Positions 8,219 to 20,279 of a stretch of 64,000 nt of DNA are shown piece after piece. Where the stretch lies: the NCBI GenBank assembly GCA_050174015.1, contig JBFXKG010000004.1, positions 100,957 to 164,956 of the forward strand, in the 5' to 3' direction. The notes under the pieces were generated by a model. It did not search any database. It saw nothing but the letters and a program-made list of their open reading frames with translations, and was not told the DNA's origin. The position numbers and the translations under genes are program-made. Source of the stretch: Candidatus Krumholzibacteriia bacterium. GTDB taxonomy: Bacteria; Krumholzibacteriota; Krumholzibacteriia; LZORAL124-64-63. Each line of letters starts with the position of its first letter. Position 1 is the stretch's first letter.

Positions 8219-10030
8219 TCAGCGCGCGGCCGCCCCGATCCGGCCACAGGATCCGGCGTCCAGGCAGGGCGATGCTGCGAGGAGCCCATAGCCGTACCGG
8301 TCGGCGAACAGGGGATCGGCCTCGAGATTGCCGCCGAGGTCCACGTAGAGGGACGCCGTGGGGAAGTTCTGGGTGTGGCCGAAGATGTCCGTGCAGCCCA
8401 GGGACAGATTGCTGTCCTGGTAGAAGCTGAAGGCCGCTCCGGGACGGTTGAAGGCGATGATGCACTCTTCGAAGGTCAGGAAGGAGGCGTCAGGCATCCG
8501 GACCGCCGATCCCCGCACTCCCTCGTTGTCGGCCAGGGTGCAACTCCTCACCACGCAGCCGGGATTCAGCTGCTCCACCGACAACGCGCCGCCGTCCAGG
8601 CGGCTTTCGTTGCCGGCCAGGAGACAGTCCTCGAGGGTGAAGGTCGCGTGGTAGACGTAGATGGCGCCCCCGTCCTGATCGGCGTGATTGTCCCGGAAGT
8701 CGCAGCCCGTGATGGTGATGCGCGGCGCGCTGTTGATGAGCATGATCCCCCCGCCCCAGTCCGCCTCGTTCCCGGTGAGGACGCAGTTCTCCAGGCCGCC
8801 GCCGCACTGGCCGGCGAAGATCACCCCGCCGCCCTGGGTCGCCCGGTTGCCGGTGATGATGCAGTCCCGGACCACCGAATCGGTCAGGTGCAGGGAGATC
8901 CCGCCGCCGGCCCAGGCCTCCTCCGGGGTGGTCTCCTGGGCGGTGGCCCGCCCGCCGGTGATGGTGAAACCCTCGATGAAGATGGCTGCGCGGTAGGTCC
9001 CCCGTTCCGGATCGGTGATCTCCCCGCCGGGGATGGTGATCACGTTGCCCTGGTCCTCGGCGTCCAGGATCGTCGCCTCCGGCCCCGCCAGGCTGCGCAG
9101 GGTGACGTCGTGGGTGAAGCGGTCGACGTAGATGAGCCCGAACTTGAGGTCGCCGGTGCCCTGGTCGGTCCAGGTGTAGCGGCCGGGGCCCACCAGGACC
9201 ACGTCCCCCTCGGCCGCCTCGGCCACGGCTTCCTCGATGGTGGGGAAGTCCCCCGTGCCCTCGACGTTCACGTAGATCGTGGTGCGCTCGACGGTCCGGG
9301 CCGGCACGTCCGCCGGCGCCCGCGACCGCAGGCCCGCCTCGTCGACGGCGACCACCCCAAGATGGAGGTCCGCATCGGGCTCCAGCCCCGTGACCGTCGC
9401 CTGCAGGAGGCCGGGCAGCGTGTGGGCGCCCACCGTGGATTCCACGGGAACGGCCTCGGCCCAGCTGGCGGCGGTGACCGGTTCGGCATGGCGGCGGATC
9501 TCGTACCCCGCCGCCTCCCCGTAGACCGTGTCGTCCCCGCAGGGCGAGAAGACGAGGGTCACCGAGCCGGGGGTGCTGGACCAGACCCGCAGGCCGGACA
9601 CCGGGCCGGGGGGCGTGATGTCGAACGCCGCGTCCGCCGTTCCCACGGCGAAGTTGGACGCTCCCGACCATGGGCCGGATCCCGACCGGGCCCGCAGGAG
9701 GCAGACCACGGTCTCGCCCTGGGCCAACCCCGTCACGGTGAACGAGGTGGCTCCGGTCGTACCACGAGTCGTCCAGGCCGCGATGTCGGCCCCCTCGTCC
9801 CCCAGGGGGATGGTCCGGATCTCGTAAGTCAGGTTCCCATCCTGGGGCGCCGTCCACCGGAGGGACAGTTCGCCCGGGCCGCCCCCCGTCACGGCCAGGT
9901 CTCCCACGGCCCCCGGCGCCGGACCGGCGGGCGCGGCGGGGTTCCCCTCGTCCGATCCGCAGGCCGGGATCAGGAGGATCGACAGGAAAACCAAGAAGAT
10001 CAGGTCAGGACGGCGGACACGACGAGGCAT
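8219..10030 (-). CDS. lipoprotein with fibronectin-III-like domains and right-handed parallel beta-helix (pectate-lyase-like) repeats
   Basis: Lipobox LLIPACGS after the signal peptide. Fn3-like segments, then repeated GGx / NxAxxGGGI beta-helix units (ITGNRATQGGGVIFAG, LTGNEADWGGGIMLINS, FRDNHADQDGGAIYV). Confidence 0.7.
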   Translation of the reverse strand: MPRRVRRPDLIFLVFLSILLIPACGSDEGNPAAPAGPAPGAVGDLAVTGGGPGELSLRWTAPQDGNLTYEIRTIPLGDEGADIAAWTTRGTTGATSFTVTGLAQGETVVCLLRARSGSGPWSGASNFAVGTADAAFDITPPGPVSGLRVWSSTPGSVTLVFSPCGDDTVYGEAAGYEIRRHAEPVTAASWAEAVPVESTVGAHTLPGLLQATVTGLEPDADLHLGVVAVDEAGLRSRAPADVPARTVERTTIYVNVEGTGDFPTIEEAVAEAAEGDVVLVGPGRYTWTDQGTGDLKFGLIYVDRFTHDVTLRSLAGPEATILDAEDQGNVITIPGGEITDPERGTYRAAIFIEGFTITGGRATAQETTPEEAWAGGGISLHLTDSVVRDCIITGNRATQGGGVIFAGQCGGGLENCVLTGNEADWGGGIMLINSAPRITITGCDFRDNHADQDGGAIYVYHATFTLEDCLLAGNESRLDGGALSVEQLNPGCVVRSCTLADNEGVRGSAVRMPDASFLTFEECIIAFNRPGAAFSFYQDSNLSLGCTDIFGHTQNFPTASLYVDLGGNLEADPLFADRYGYGLLAASPCLDAGSCGRIGAAAR

Positions 10031-10117
10031 GATCAGGGCTCCGGAGGCTCAGGGTGCATATCCCAGTTATTCCGATGGATTTAAGGAATGAATACGCAGC
10101 GGGCAAGAGGAAGGATG

Positions 10118-10156
10118 CAAAAAACGGGGAGCTGGTTCTACGACAACCTGCTCCCC
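10118..10156 (-). terminator. Rho-independent terminator downstream of atpC
   Basis: Minus-strand hairpin GGGGAGCA-loop-GCTCCCC (plus coordinates 10126-10156) followed by an 8-nt U-run (plus-strand A-run 10118-10125), about 90 nt after the atpC stop. Confidence 0.6.
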
Positions 10157-10242
10157 GGTCTCTCCTGATTCAGGAGAACATGATACTCGTTCTCAAGCCA
10201 AAAAGCAAACAAAATTTGTGTGGATTTCAGGCTTTCGGCGGA

Positions 10243-10656
10243 TCAGTGCATCTTCCCCGTGGCCTTCAACCGGGCTTCCGCCCTGGCCAGCGCCATCCGG
10301 GCGCGCTCCCGGTTCAGGTCGTGCTCCATGTCGTTGAGCCGCTTGCGGGCGCGCTTGAGGGCCTCCTCGGCCCGGTGGACGTCGATTTCGCCGGCCTTCT
10401 CGCAGGTCTCGACCATCAGGTTGACGGTGTTTTCCGAGATCTCCACGAAGCCCGCGCCCACGGCCATCTTCAGCTCGCTGCCCTGGTCGTCCTTCTTCAG
10501 GGTGACGACGCCGGGCACGACCGCGGCCACCAGCGGAGCATGGTTCGCCCACACGCCGATGTAGCCGGCCAGCCCGGGTATGACGGCCGAAATCGTCTGC
10601 CCCTTGTAGGCCGTCTTGTCGGGCGTGACGATGACCACGTCGAAGGGCTTGGCCAT
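10243..10656 (-). CDS. atpC: F-type ATP synthase epsilon subunit
   Basis: 137 aa; typical epsilon sequence (VVIVTPDKTAYKG...AVGAGFVEISENTV) and operon position after atpD. Confidence 0.9.
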   Translation of the reverse strand: MAKPFDVVIVTPDKTAYKGQTISAVIPGLAGYIGVWANHAPLVAAVVPGVVTLKKDDQGSELKMAVGAGFVEISENTVNLMVETCEKAGEIDVHRAEEALKRARKRLNDMEHDLNRERARMALARAEARLKATGKMH

Positions 10657-10659
10657 GGC

Positions 10660-12126
<1,467 letters not shown>

Positions 12127-12999
12127 CTAGAGTGCGTTGGCGCCGCCGACGATGTCCAGCAACTCGGACGTGATGGCGGCCTGGCGTTCCCGGTTGCGCT
12201 GCAGGGTCAGGCTCTCGATCAGCTCGCCGGCGTTCTCGGTGGCCGCGCTCATGCTGGTCATCCGGGCCGCGTGCTCGCTGGTGAAGGCCTCGCTCAAGGT
12301 CATGAACACGCGGTTGCGCAGGTAGAGAGGCAACAGGACCCCGAAGAGCTCCTCCTGGCTCGGCTCCCAGATGTAGTCCAGGTCGCCGTGCTCGGCGTCC
12401 CCGGTCTCCACCGGGTCCTGGGCGATGGGCAGGAGCGGCAGGTTCACCGGCTTCTGGGTCATCGTGCTGACGAAGGACGAGTAGACCACCCGCACCTCGT
12501 CGAAGGCCCCGGATGTGAAGGCCCCCACGGCGTTGTCCCCCACCAGCTTGCCGCGCTCGCTGTCGGCGTCCCCGGCGAAATCCTCGTGGCTCCGGAACAG
12601 CTTGTAGCCGCGCTTGCGGAAGTGGTCGGCCGCCTTCCTGCCGATGGCGTAGACCTCGGTCTCCACACCCTCGGCGACCGAGGCGTCCACGGCCTGGTGG
12701 GCCAGCTTGATGATGTTCATGTTGTAGGACCCGCACAGGCCCTTGTCCGAGGTGATCACCACGAACAGCCGGCGGCGCACGGGTCGGACCTCGAACAGCG
12801 GGTGGGCGACGTCCGCCTTGTCCGCCAGGTGCTGCATCAGCTCGGCCAGCTTGCGCGAATAGGGCCGCGCCGCCAGCATCTTGCCCTGCTGGCGCTGCAG
12901 CTTGGCCGCCGCGACCATCTTCATGGCCTTGGTGATTTGCTGCGTGCTCTTGACCGAACGGATCCGGTTGTTGAGTAGCTTTACCCCGGCTCCCGCCAC
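12127..12999 (-). CDS. atpG: F-type ATP synthase gamma subunit
   Basis: N-terminus LLNNRIRSVKSTQQITKAMKMVAAAKL matches the gamma consensus (IRNRIxSVKNTQKITKAMEMVAASKL); 290 aa. Confidence 0.9.
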   Translation of the reverse strand: MAGAGVKLLNNRIRSVKSTQQITKAMKMVAAAKLQRQQGKMLAARPYSRKLAELMQHLADKADVAHPLFEVRPVRRRLFVVITSDKGLCGSYNMNIIKLAHQAVDASVAEGVETEVYAIGRKAADHFRKRGYKLFRSHEDFAGDADSERGKLVGDNAVGAFTSGAFDEVRVVYSSFVSTMTQKPVNLPLLPIAQDPVETGDAEHGDLDYIWEPSQEELFGVLLPLYLRNRVFMTLSEAFTSEHAARMTSMSAATENAGELIESLTLQRNRERQAAITSELLDIVGGANAL

Positions 13000-13028
13000 G
13001 GGTTACCTCCTGAGGACGGGCTCGGCGG

Positions 13029-14534
<1,506 letters not shown>

Positions 14535-14588
14535 TGCCCATCTCCTCTTTGAAAACCGTTCAGCGCTTCGCCGCCCGTCCCCGGAGGA

Positions 14589-15137
14589 CTAGCGGACGGG
14601 CGTCTTCTCCAGCTGCCTGCGCAGCCTGTCCAGGTTCGAGCTGATCGTGCCGTCGAGGATCCTGCCGTCCATGGTCACGCAGGCCCCACCCAGGACGCGG
14701 GGGTCCACCTTCTTCTGCAGGAGGATCTTCCGGCCGGTCATCGCCGCCAGCTTGGCGGTGAGGCCCGCAGCCAGATCGTCCGCCAGGGGCACGGCCGTGA
14801 TCACCCTCGCCCTCAGGACACCCTGTTCCTTCTCGTAAAGGCCGGCGAAAACCTCTCCGATGTCCTTCAGGTTCTCGATGCGGTTCTTGTCGATCAGGAG
14901 GAAGAAGAAGGTCAGCAGGAGGTCCTCGATCCTGCCGCCGAAGACGTTCTTCAGGAGGTCCTTCTTCTCCTGCTCGGCCACCTGCGGACTGTCGAGGAAC
15001 GTCACGAGGTCGCGGTTGGCCGCGACCACCCCGACCACCGCGGCGAAGGAATCCGCCACCCCGTCGAGAACGCCGGCCTGCTTCGCCGAAGCGAGCAGGG
15101 CGCCGGCATAACGGACTGCCACCCGGCGATCACGCAT
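14589..15137 (-). CDS. atpH: F-type ATP synthase delta (OSCP) subunit
   Basis: 182 aa, OSCP-like; sits between atpF and atpA and overlaps atpF by 8 nt. Confidence 0.8.
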   Translation of the reverse strand: MRDRRVAVRYAGALLASAKQAGVLDGVADSFAAVVGVVAANRDLVTFLDSPQVAEQEKKDLLKNVFGGRIEDLLLTFFFLLIDKNRIENLKDIGEVFAGLYEKEQGVLRARVITAVPLADDLAAGLTAKLAAMTGRKILLQKKVDPRVLGGACVTMDGRILDGTISSNLDRLRRQLEKTPVR

Positions 15138-15630
15138 GGGGCCGCTCTCCCAGCTGGTCGATGTACTCGAGGATCAGCTTGCGGTGCAGGTCGTCGTCCA
15201 GCCGCTCGCCGATGATCTTCTCGGCGGCGCCGATGGCCATGGCGACCACCGAGTCGCGCAGCTCGATCTGGGCCTTGTGGGTCTCCAGCTCGATGTCCTG
15301 GGCGGCCTTGACCTTGGTCTCCTCGGCGCTCTGGCGCGCCCTGGCGATGATGCCCTCGCCCTGCTGCTCGCCCCGCTTGACCGCCTCCTGGACCTTCTCG
15401 CGCTCGATGACCTTGATGTCGGTGAGCTTGAGCTCGAACTCGCCCTTGAGCTGTTCGGCGTCGGCGAGGTTCTTCTCGGCGGCGGCGTAGTCCTTCTCGA
15501 TCTTGTTGCGCCGCTCGTCGAGCAGGTTGAGGATCGGCCCCCAGGCGAACTTGGCCAGCACCCATACGAAGATGAGGAAGCCGACCGCCGTCGTCAGCAG
15601 GTTGGTTATGTTTGGTGTCACGAATTCCAT
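15130..15630 (-). CDS. atpF: F-type ATP synthase subunit b
   Basis: N-terminal TM helix (LLTTAVGFLIFVWVLAKFAW) followed by a long charged coiled coil; 166 aa. Confidence 0.85.
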   Translation of the reverse strand: MEFVTPNITNLLTTAVGFLIFVWVLAKFAWGPILNLLDERRNKIEKDYAAAEKNLADAEQLKGEFELKLTDIKVIEREKVQEAVKRGEQQGEGIIARARQSAEETKVKAAQDIELETHKAQIELRDSVVAMAIGAAEKIIGERLDDDLHRKLILEYIDQLGERPHA

Positions 15631-15734
15631 GCTGGAATACCTTCCGGTCGCAGTTTCCCGGTCGTGCCGGGGCAGCCGCCGCGCTCAGAGCAGGCCGCTA
15701 CCGTTCCGTCACGCGCCGGGGCCCGGGCGAATGA

Positions 15735-15959
15735 CTAACCGACCTTGCCCATCAGCAGGATGGTGGCGACCAGAGCGTAGATGGTCAGGGCCTCGATGAA
15801 GGCGCAACCGATGATCATGGCCGTCTGAATCTGGCCGATGGCTTCGGGCTGACGGCCCATGGCGTTCATGCCGCCTTCGATGGCGCGACCGAGACCGAGA
15901 CCCGAGCCGATGGCCGCCAGGCCGAGACCGATGGGGAGAGCGAATCCGAGCAGATCCAT
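15735..15959 (-). CDS. atpE: F-type ATP synthase subunit c
   Basis: 74 aa, two TM helices, GxGxGxG loop (IGLGLAAIGSGLGLG) and a conserved carboxylate in helix 2 (FIEALTIYALVA). Confidence 0.9.
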   Translation of the reverse strand: MDLLGFALPIGLGLAAIGSGLGLGRAIEGGMNAMGRQPEAIGQIQTAMIIGCAFIEALTIYALVATILLMGKVG

Positions 15960-16034
15960 TGTTCCTCCTAAACGCGCGTTCGCGTGTCAGGTTTGCGGGA
16001 CGACCCCGCGTTATCCGGGCGCAGCGGGCCCGGG

Positions 16035-17105
16035 CTAGTGCCCGTGGGCCTCCTCGTGACCGTGATGACCATGGTCATGAGGCAGCCACAGGGCAATATA
16101 GACCGTCGACAGCAGGGTGAAGACCAGCGCCTGGATGGTGCTGGACAACAGACCCAGGAAGTAGAACGGGAACTGCAGGGGCAGACCCGGCACGAAATCG
16201 GATCCGGTGAGGCCGTAGCTGATGCCGGCGCCCAGCAGGACCATGGTGGCCACCAGGGTCTCCTCGCCGAAGATGTTGCCGAACAGACGCAGGCTCAGCG
16301 AGATGGGCTTGATCAGCTCGCCCACCAGATGCAGGGGGAAGAACAGCCAGACCAGGGCCCACTCGACCCCTGACCTGGGGGATCCCGCCATGTGGAACAG
16401 GTACCCGCCCACCCCGTTGAGCCTCAGGGCGGTCCCCTGCACGTACAGGAAGGTCAGCGCCCCCAGGGCGAAAGTGGTGTTGGCGAAGCTGCTGGTCGCC
16501 GCATGCCCCAGAGGGATGATGCCGAACAGGTTGTTGCAGAGGATGAAGATGAACAGGGAGCCGAGGTAGGGCGTGTACTTGCGGGCGTCCTCGCCGAGGA
16601 TGGTCCGGAACAGGGAGTAGAGCCCCCCGAAGATCATCTCGACGGCCATCTGCATGCGGCCGGGCCGGCGGGCGTCCAGCTTCCTCGACAGGATGACGAA
16701 GACCACCGCCAGGACCAGGGCCATGAACAGGGAGAAGATGGGATCCTTGGCCGCGTCCAGCCTGGCGGCGAAGTCGGCAGGGACCCACTGCTCGATGAAG
16801 GTCAGGGCGCTGGGCAGATGGGGCATGCCCCCGTGGCCACCCCCGTGCTCGCCGTTCGCATCCCCGTGGGCCTCGGCGGCATGGGGATCGGCGGCGTGGA
16901 CGTCGATGGGCGCGTGATCGTCCCCGTGGTCGGTCTCCTGGCCGTGGGCGTCATGCTGTTCGGCGGCCTGCCGGGTGTCGTGGGCGTCATGCTGGGCGGA
17001 AGCGACGGACCCCACGCCCGATGCGAACAGGACGGCACCGAGGACGAGCAGCCAGGCAGCCGGGACTTTGGTCTGCAATTTGCGCATGTTCATCCAGATC
17101 ATTCC
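16035..17105 (-). CDS. atpB: F-type ATP synthase subunit a with His/Asp-rich N-terminal extension and His-rich C-terminus
   Basis: Start trimmed to MIWMNMRKLQTKVPAAWLLVLGAVLFASGVGSVASA (signal peptide); alternative in-frame ATGs lie at 17096 and 17090. Then about 60 aa of His/Asp-rich sequence (QHDAHDTRQAAEQHDAHGQETDHGDDHAPIDVHAADPHAAEAHGDANGEHGGGHGGMPH). Canonical a-subunit follows, including the conserved Arg region (LSLRLFGNIFGEE). C-terminal tail HDHGHHGHEEAHGH. Confidence 0.85.
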   Translation of the reverse strand, partial: GMIWMNMRKLQTKVPAAWLLVLGAVLFASGVGSVASAQHDAHDTRQAAEQHDAHGQETDHGDDHAPIDVHAADPHAAEAHGDANGEHGGGHGGMPHLPSALTFIEQWVPADFAARLDAAKDPIFSLFMALVLAVVFVILSRKLDARRPGRMQMAVEMIFGGLYSLFRTILGEDARKYTPYLGSLFIFILCNNLFGIIPLGHAATSSFANTTFALGALTFLYVQGTALRLNGVGGYLFHMAGSPRSGVEWALVWLFFPLHLVGELIKPISLSLRLFGNIFGEETLVATMVLLGAGISYGLTGSDFVPGLPLQFPFYFLGLLSSTIQALVFTLLSTVYIALWLPHDHGHHGHEEAHGH

Positions 17106-17545
17106 GGTCCATCGTGAGGGGTCGGCTTGGTGGCAGTTCCCGGCCCGGAGGCCCCTGGGGACACGACAACCTGCCGGGTCTTGATCTCCATCGAACGTGC
17201 CCGGGAACCGAGCACCACCAGGACGACCATCAGCAAAGTGAAGCCGACGGCGTGACTCACCCCTGGAAACGGTCGGGAAAATAACACCCAGACCGCAACC
17301 GCGTAAACAGCCAATTTGGCCAGGAACCAGAGAAAAACCGCGAATCCGTTGCGGGGCGCGCCTGGCGGCACCACCGCCGCGCGCAACAATCTTTCGAGGA
17401 CGAAGAACCCCGTCACCGCCCACAGGGCCGTCAGCAGCACGCCCAGGGCGAAGGGGCGCGAAACGGCCAGCCAGCACGCTCCGGACGCCGGCAAGGCGAT
17501 CAAAATAGTCCAAAATCGAACGCGGGCAAGGAGGGAATCGGTCAA
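17099..17545 (-). CDS. atpI: putative ATP synthase protein I (AtpI/AtpZ-like small membrane protein)
   Basis: Four predicted TM helices (FWTILIALPASGACWLAV, ALGVLLTALWAVTGFFVL, FAVFLWFLAKLAVYAVAVWVLF, VGFTLLMVVLVVLG) immediately upstream of atpB. Start proposed at the TTG at 17545, preceded by GAGGAA (agaggaaaacgccgttTTG). The long 5' extension in the ORF track is discounted. Confidence 0.4.
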   Translation of the reverse strand: MTDSLLARVRFWTILIALPASGACWLAVSRPFALGVLLTALWAVTGFFVLERLLRAAVVPPGAPRNGFAVFLWFLAKLAVYAVAVWVLFSRPFPGVSHAVGFTLLMVVLVVLGSRARSMEIKTRQVVVSPGASGPGTATKPTPHDGPE

Positions 17546-17712
17546 AACGGCGTTTTCCTCTTGCTCGGGTGGACTGTCGGCGCATTCGGAAGCATCGGGG
17601 GATGCTGCGTCGGCGGTAAAGATGGTGAATTGATAGGGAATGTCAACAAAATGGGCGGCGGACGGGGTGGGGGGACTCCGGCCTGGGGATGACGCCGCCG
17701 CCCTGCGACCAA

Positions 17713-17741
17713 CCGGAATTCCATTCCAGGATCCGGAACGG
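17713..17741. promoter_or_regulatory. palindromic TTCCGGAA-type motif upstream of atp operon (site A)
   Basis: CCGGAATTCC-ATTCCAGGATCCGGAACGG; shares the ATTCC...TCCGGAACG pattern with sites at 21527 and 21820. Lies between the upstream terminator (17867-17895) and the atpI start. Confidence 0.25.
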
Positions 17742-17866
17742 CGCCGGGATATGATTCTCAAGCCCCGATGGGGAACAGCGGACGGACATTCGGAACGGTC
17801 ATCCTGGCCACATCGATCATCGAAATGAAATTATTGATTCCAAAGGGTTTGAACGAACGCCGCCGC

Positions 17867-17895
17867 AAAAAGGGGCCGCCCCGAAGGGCGGCCCC
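17867..17895 (-). terminator. Rho-independent terminator after the tandem-AAA gene
   Basis: Perfect 10-bp stem GGGGCCGCCC / GGGCGGCCCC with CGAA loop (17872-17895), followed on the minus strand by UUUUU (plus-strand A-run 17867-17871); 40 nt after the stop at 17934. Confidence 0.7.
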
Positions 17896-17933
17896 ACCTT
17901 CATCCGGCCGGGACTCGCTGCCGGCATTCCCGC

Positions 17934-20147
17934 TCAGAAGCCCACCACCCTGACGGGTCCGGCCGCCCGATGCTTGAGGGCCACCTCCTCCTCCAGGAGG
18001 GCCAGGAGATCGGCGTGCGTCGTCCGGCGGACCCCCTGCATCCGGAGGTTGCGCCGGATCAAGGCCATGTCGGCGGCCGTCAACGGGTCGAGGGCGCACA
18101 ATCGCCGCCTTTCCTCGGCCGAAGGGGCGCCCGGAGCCAGGGGCGCCAGCAGCCGGTCGTAGGTGGCCTCGATCCCCGCCGGCTCCAGGGGTCGGAACTC
18201 GACCTTCAGGGCGAACCTGCGCAGGGCGGCCGGATCCAGGGCGTCCAGCCGGTTGGTGGTGCAGATGACGGCCCCGTGATGCTGTTCGATCTGCACGAGC
18301 AGTTCGTTCACCATGCTGATTTCCCAGGTACGCCGGGAACGGCTGCGGGACGCCAGGAAGGTGTCGACCTCGTCGATCACCAGGACCGCCCCGGTCGCCG
18401 CGGCCTCGGCGAAGGCCTTCGCGAGGTTGCGCTCGGTCATGCCCACGTAGGGGTCGAGGATCTCGCTGGCCTTGCGCGTGACCACCGGGCGGCCCGCCGC
18501 GGCAGCCAGGTACCCTGCCGTCAGGGTCTTGCCGGTTCCCGGCTGGCCGTGGAAGAGCATGGCCAGGGCTCCCCGCTCGCCGGCCACGGCCGACTTGTCC
18601 AGATCCTTGACGTACCGGACCATCTGGCGGATCAGCGCCCGCAGGGGCCGCGAGGGATTCACCCCGCACTCGAGGAACTCGACGGCGGGCCCCTTGCGGA
18701 CCTCGACCCGGCGCTTGACCCCCTGCAGCCCCGCCTGGGCTTCGAGAGTCCTGCCAAAGGCCTCGCGACAGGCCCGCGGGGTGGTCTGGATCCCCGACGC
18801 CACCCTGGCGGCCATGGCGAACACCGCCGGAGCCAGGGTGAACTCCCCGGCCAGCCTGGTCACCTCCGCGGCGGTGAAGTGCCTCTTGATGCGGTGCCGC
18901 CGGAGGATTCCGTCGAGCATCGCCGCCCGCTTTTCCCCGTCCAGGGGAGGCAACTCCAGGCTGTAGGCGAACCGGCGCCTGACCGCCGGATCGATGCCGT
19001 CGTGTTCGTTGACGATCCAGATGCCCCGCGAGCCGGGCAGTTCCAGGATCCCGTTGAGGTAGCCCTTGTCCATCACTTCACCCCGGTGGAACCAGGGGCG
19101 GTCGGTGTTGAGCAGCTGGTCGGCCTCGTCCACGAAGACGAGAGCTCCCGCCTGTCCCGCCGCCATTTCCAGGCAGGCGGCCAGGGCGGCACGGCGGGCC
19201 CGGGCCTCGTTCTGGCGCTGGCCCAGCACCTCGAACCCCCGCAGTCCCAGTTCCGCGCACATGGCGCGGCACAGGGTGGTCTTGCCGGTGCCCGGAGGTC
19301 CGTAGACCAGGATGTGCACCGGGGCGTCCCCTCCGGAGGTCAACAGGAGCCGCATCAGGTCGAGCTTGCCCGTCTCGATTCCGAGGTCGTCGGCCGCCAA
19401 AGCGGATCCGGGAACCGGGCGGAAGAGTTCCTGCCTCGCGGGCGCCTGATCGGGATCGGCGAAGAACGGCAGGAATTCCTCGCTGATCTGCAGCCACTTG
19501 CGGTCGGTGTCGAGGATGCCCATGCCGGCCAGCTTGCCTCCCAGGACCGTCCCCATTTCCGCGGGAGCCAGTCCCAGGGCGGTGACCAGGCCGTCCCTGC
19601 CCCGGGGCTCGTCGCAGTGGAGGTGGTTCTCGAAGAAGTCCTGGACCGGTTCCCACCAGCGCATCGCCGTGAAGAAGAAACAGAACTCGGTCTCCTGCTC
19701 GGAAAGCCCGAACAGCCGGCGGGTCCCATCGAGATGCCGGGCCAGCGGCGAGGCCTGGAAACGGTCCCTGCCGGCGGCCCACCCGGTCAGGCGGTCGGAC
19801 AGGGTCGAGGCCAGACGCTGGAGACGGGCCGGAGGGGCCCCGTTGTGGACCACCGAGACCACCGACGCCATGTCCTGGGGGTCTCCCCAGGCCCGGCGCA
19901 GGTCGGGCAGCAGGCGGTCCCGGTCGGTGTCGCTCAGCAGGTCGTCCACCAGGGTCTGGGTTCCCGCCGGATCGACCCCGGCGACCCAGAAGGCGAACCC
20001 GAGGGTTTCCCGGTCGATGGTGCGCCGGCGGGCGACCGTGCGGGCGGCCCACTCCGCACAGGCGCAGAGAGTGAACTGGAGGTTGGCATCGGGATTTCCG
20101 GGTGTCTTCTCCTTCCGCTTGCGGGCTCGGGCGTAGAATCGCGTCAT
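17934..20147 (-). CDS. tandem AAA+ ATPase (two classical AAA modules) with about 300-aa N-terminal domain of unknown function
   Basis: Start trimmed to MTRFYARARKRK with strong RBS aaggagattgcccATG. AAA1: Walker A GPPGTGKTT, Walker B ALVFVDEADQL, Arg finger AVRRRF. AAA2: Walker A GQPGTGKTL, Walker B VLVIDEVDTF, Arg finger AALRRF. 737 aa. Confidence 0.8.
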   Translation of the reverse strand: MTRFYARARKRKEKTPGNPDANLQFTLCACAEWAARTVARRRTIDRETLGFAFWVAGVDPAGTQTLVDDLLSDTDRDRLLPDLRRAWGDPQDMASVVSVVHNGAPPARLQRLASTLSDRLTGWAAGRDRFQASPLARHLDGTRRLFGLSEQETEFCFFFTAMRWWEPVQDFFENHLHCDEPRGRDGLVTALGLAPAEMGTVLGGKLAGMGILDTDRKWLQISEEFLPFFADPDQAPARQELFRPVPGSALAADDLGIETGKLDLMRLLLTSGGDAPVHILVYGPPGTGKTTLCRAMCAELGLRGFEVLGQRQNEARARRAALAACLEMAAGQAGALVFVDEADQLLNTDRPWFHRGEVMDKGYLNGILELPGSRGIWIVNEHDGIDPAVRRRFAYSLELPPLDGEKRAAMLDGILRRHRIKRHFTAAEVTRLAGEFTLAPAVFAMAARVASGIQTTPRACREAFGRTLEAQAGLQGVKRRVEVRKGPAVEFLECGVNPSRPLRALIRQMVRYVKDLDKSAVAGERGALAMLFHGQPGTGKTLTAGYLAAAAGRPVVTRKASEILDPYVGMTERNLAKAFAEAAATGAVLVIDEVDTFLASRSRSRRTWEISMVNELLVQIEQHHGAVICTTNRLDALDPAALRRFALKVEFRPLEPAGIEATYDRLLAPLAPGAPSAEERRRLCALDPLTAADMALIRRNLRMQGVRRTTHADLLALLEEEVALKHRAAGPVRVVGF

Positions 20148-20192
20148 GGGCAATCTCCTTTCGGATCGGTTGATGCCGAATCTAACCCGAAA

Positions 20193-20212
20193 CCGTTCCA
20201 AATTTCGGAACG
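20193..20212. promoter_or_regulatory. inverted repeat CGTTCC-N7-GGAACG upstream of the AAA+ gene (site B)
   Basis: CCGTTCCAAATTTCGGAACG, 45-65 nt upstream of the ATG at 20147 and downstream of the WYL-gene terminator. Shares the CGGAACG half-site with sites C and D. Confidence 0.3.
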
Positions 20213-20249
20213 ATCGGTCAGTGGCCGGATCGACCGGAAAGGAATGCCC

Positions 20250-20279
20250 AAAAAAAGGCCCGGCGGGGAGAGCCGGGCC
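20250..20279 (-). terminator. Rho-independent terminator between the WYL regulator gene and the AAA+ gene
   Basis: 8-bp stem GGCCCGGC / GCCGGGCC with 7-nt loop (20257-20279), followed on the minus strand by seven U (plus-strand A-run 20250-20256). Confidence 0.7.
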
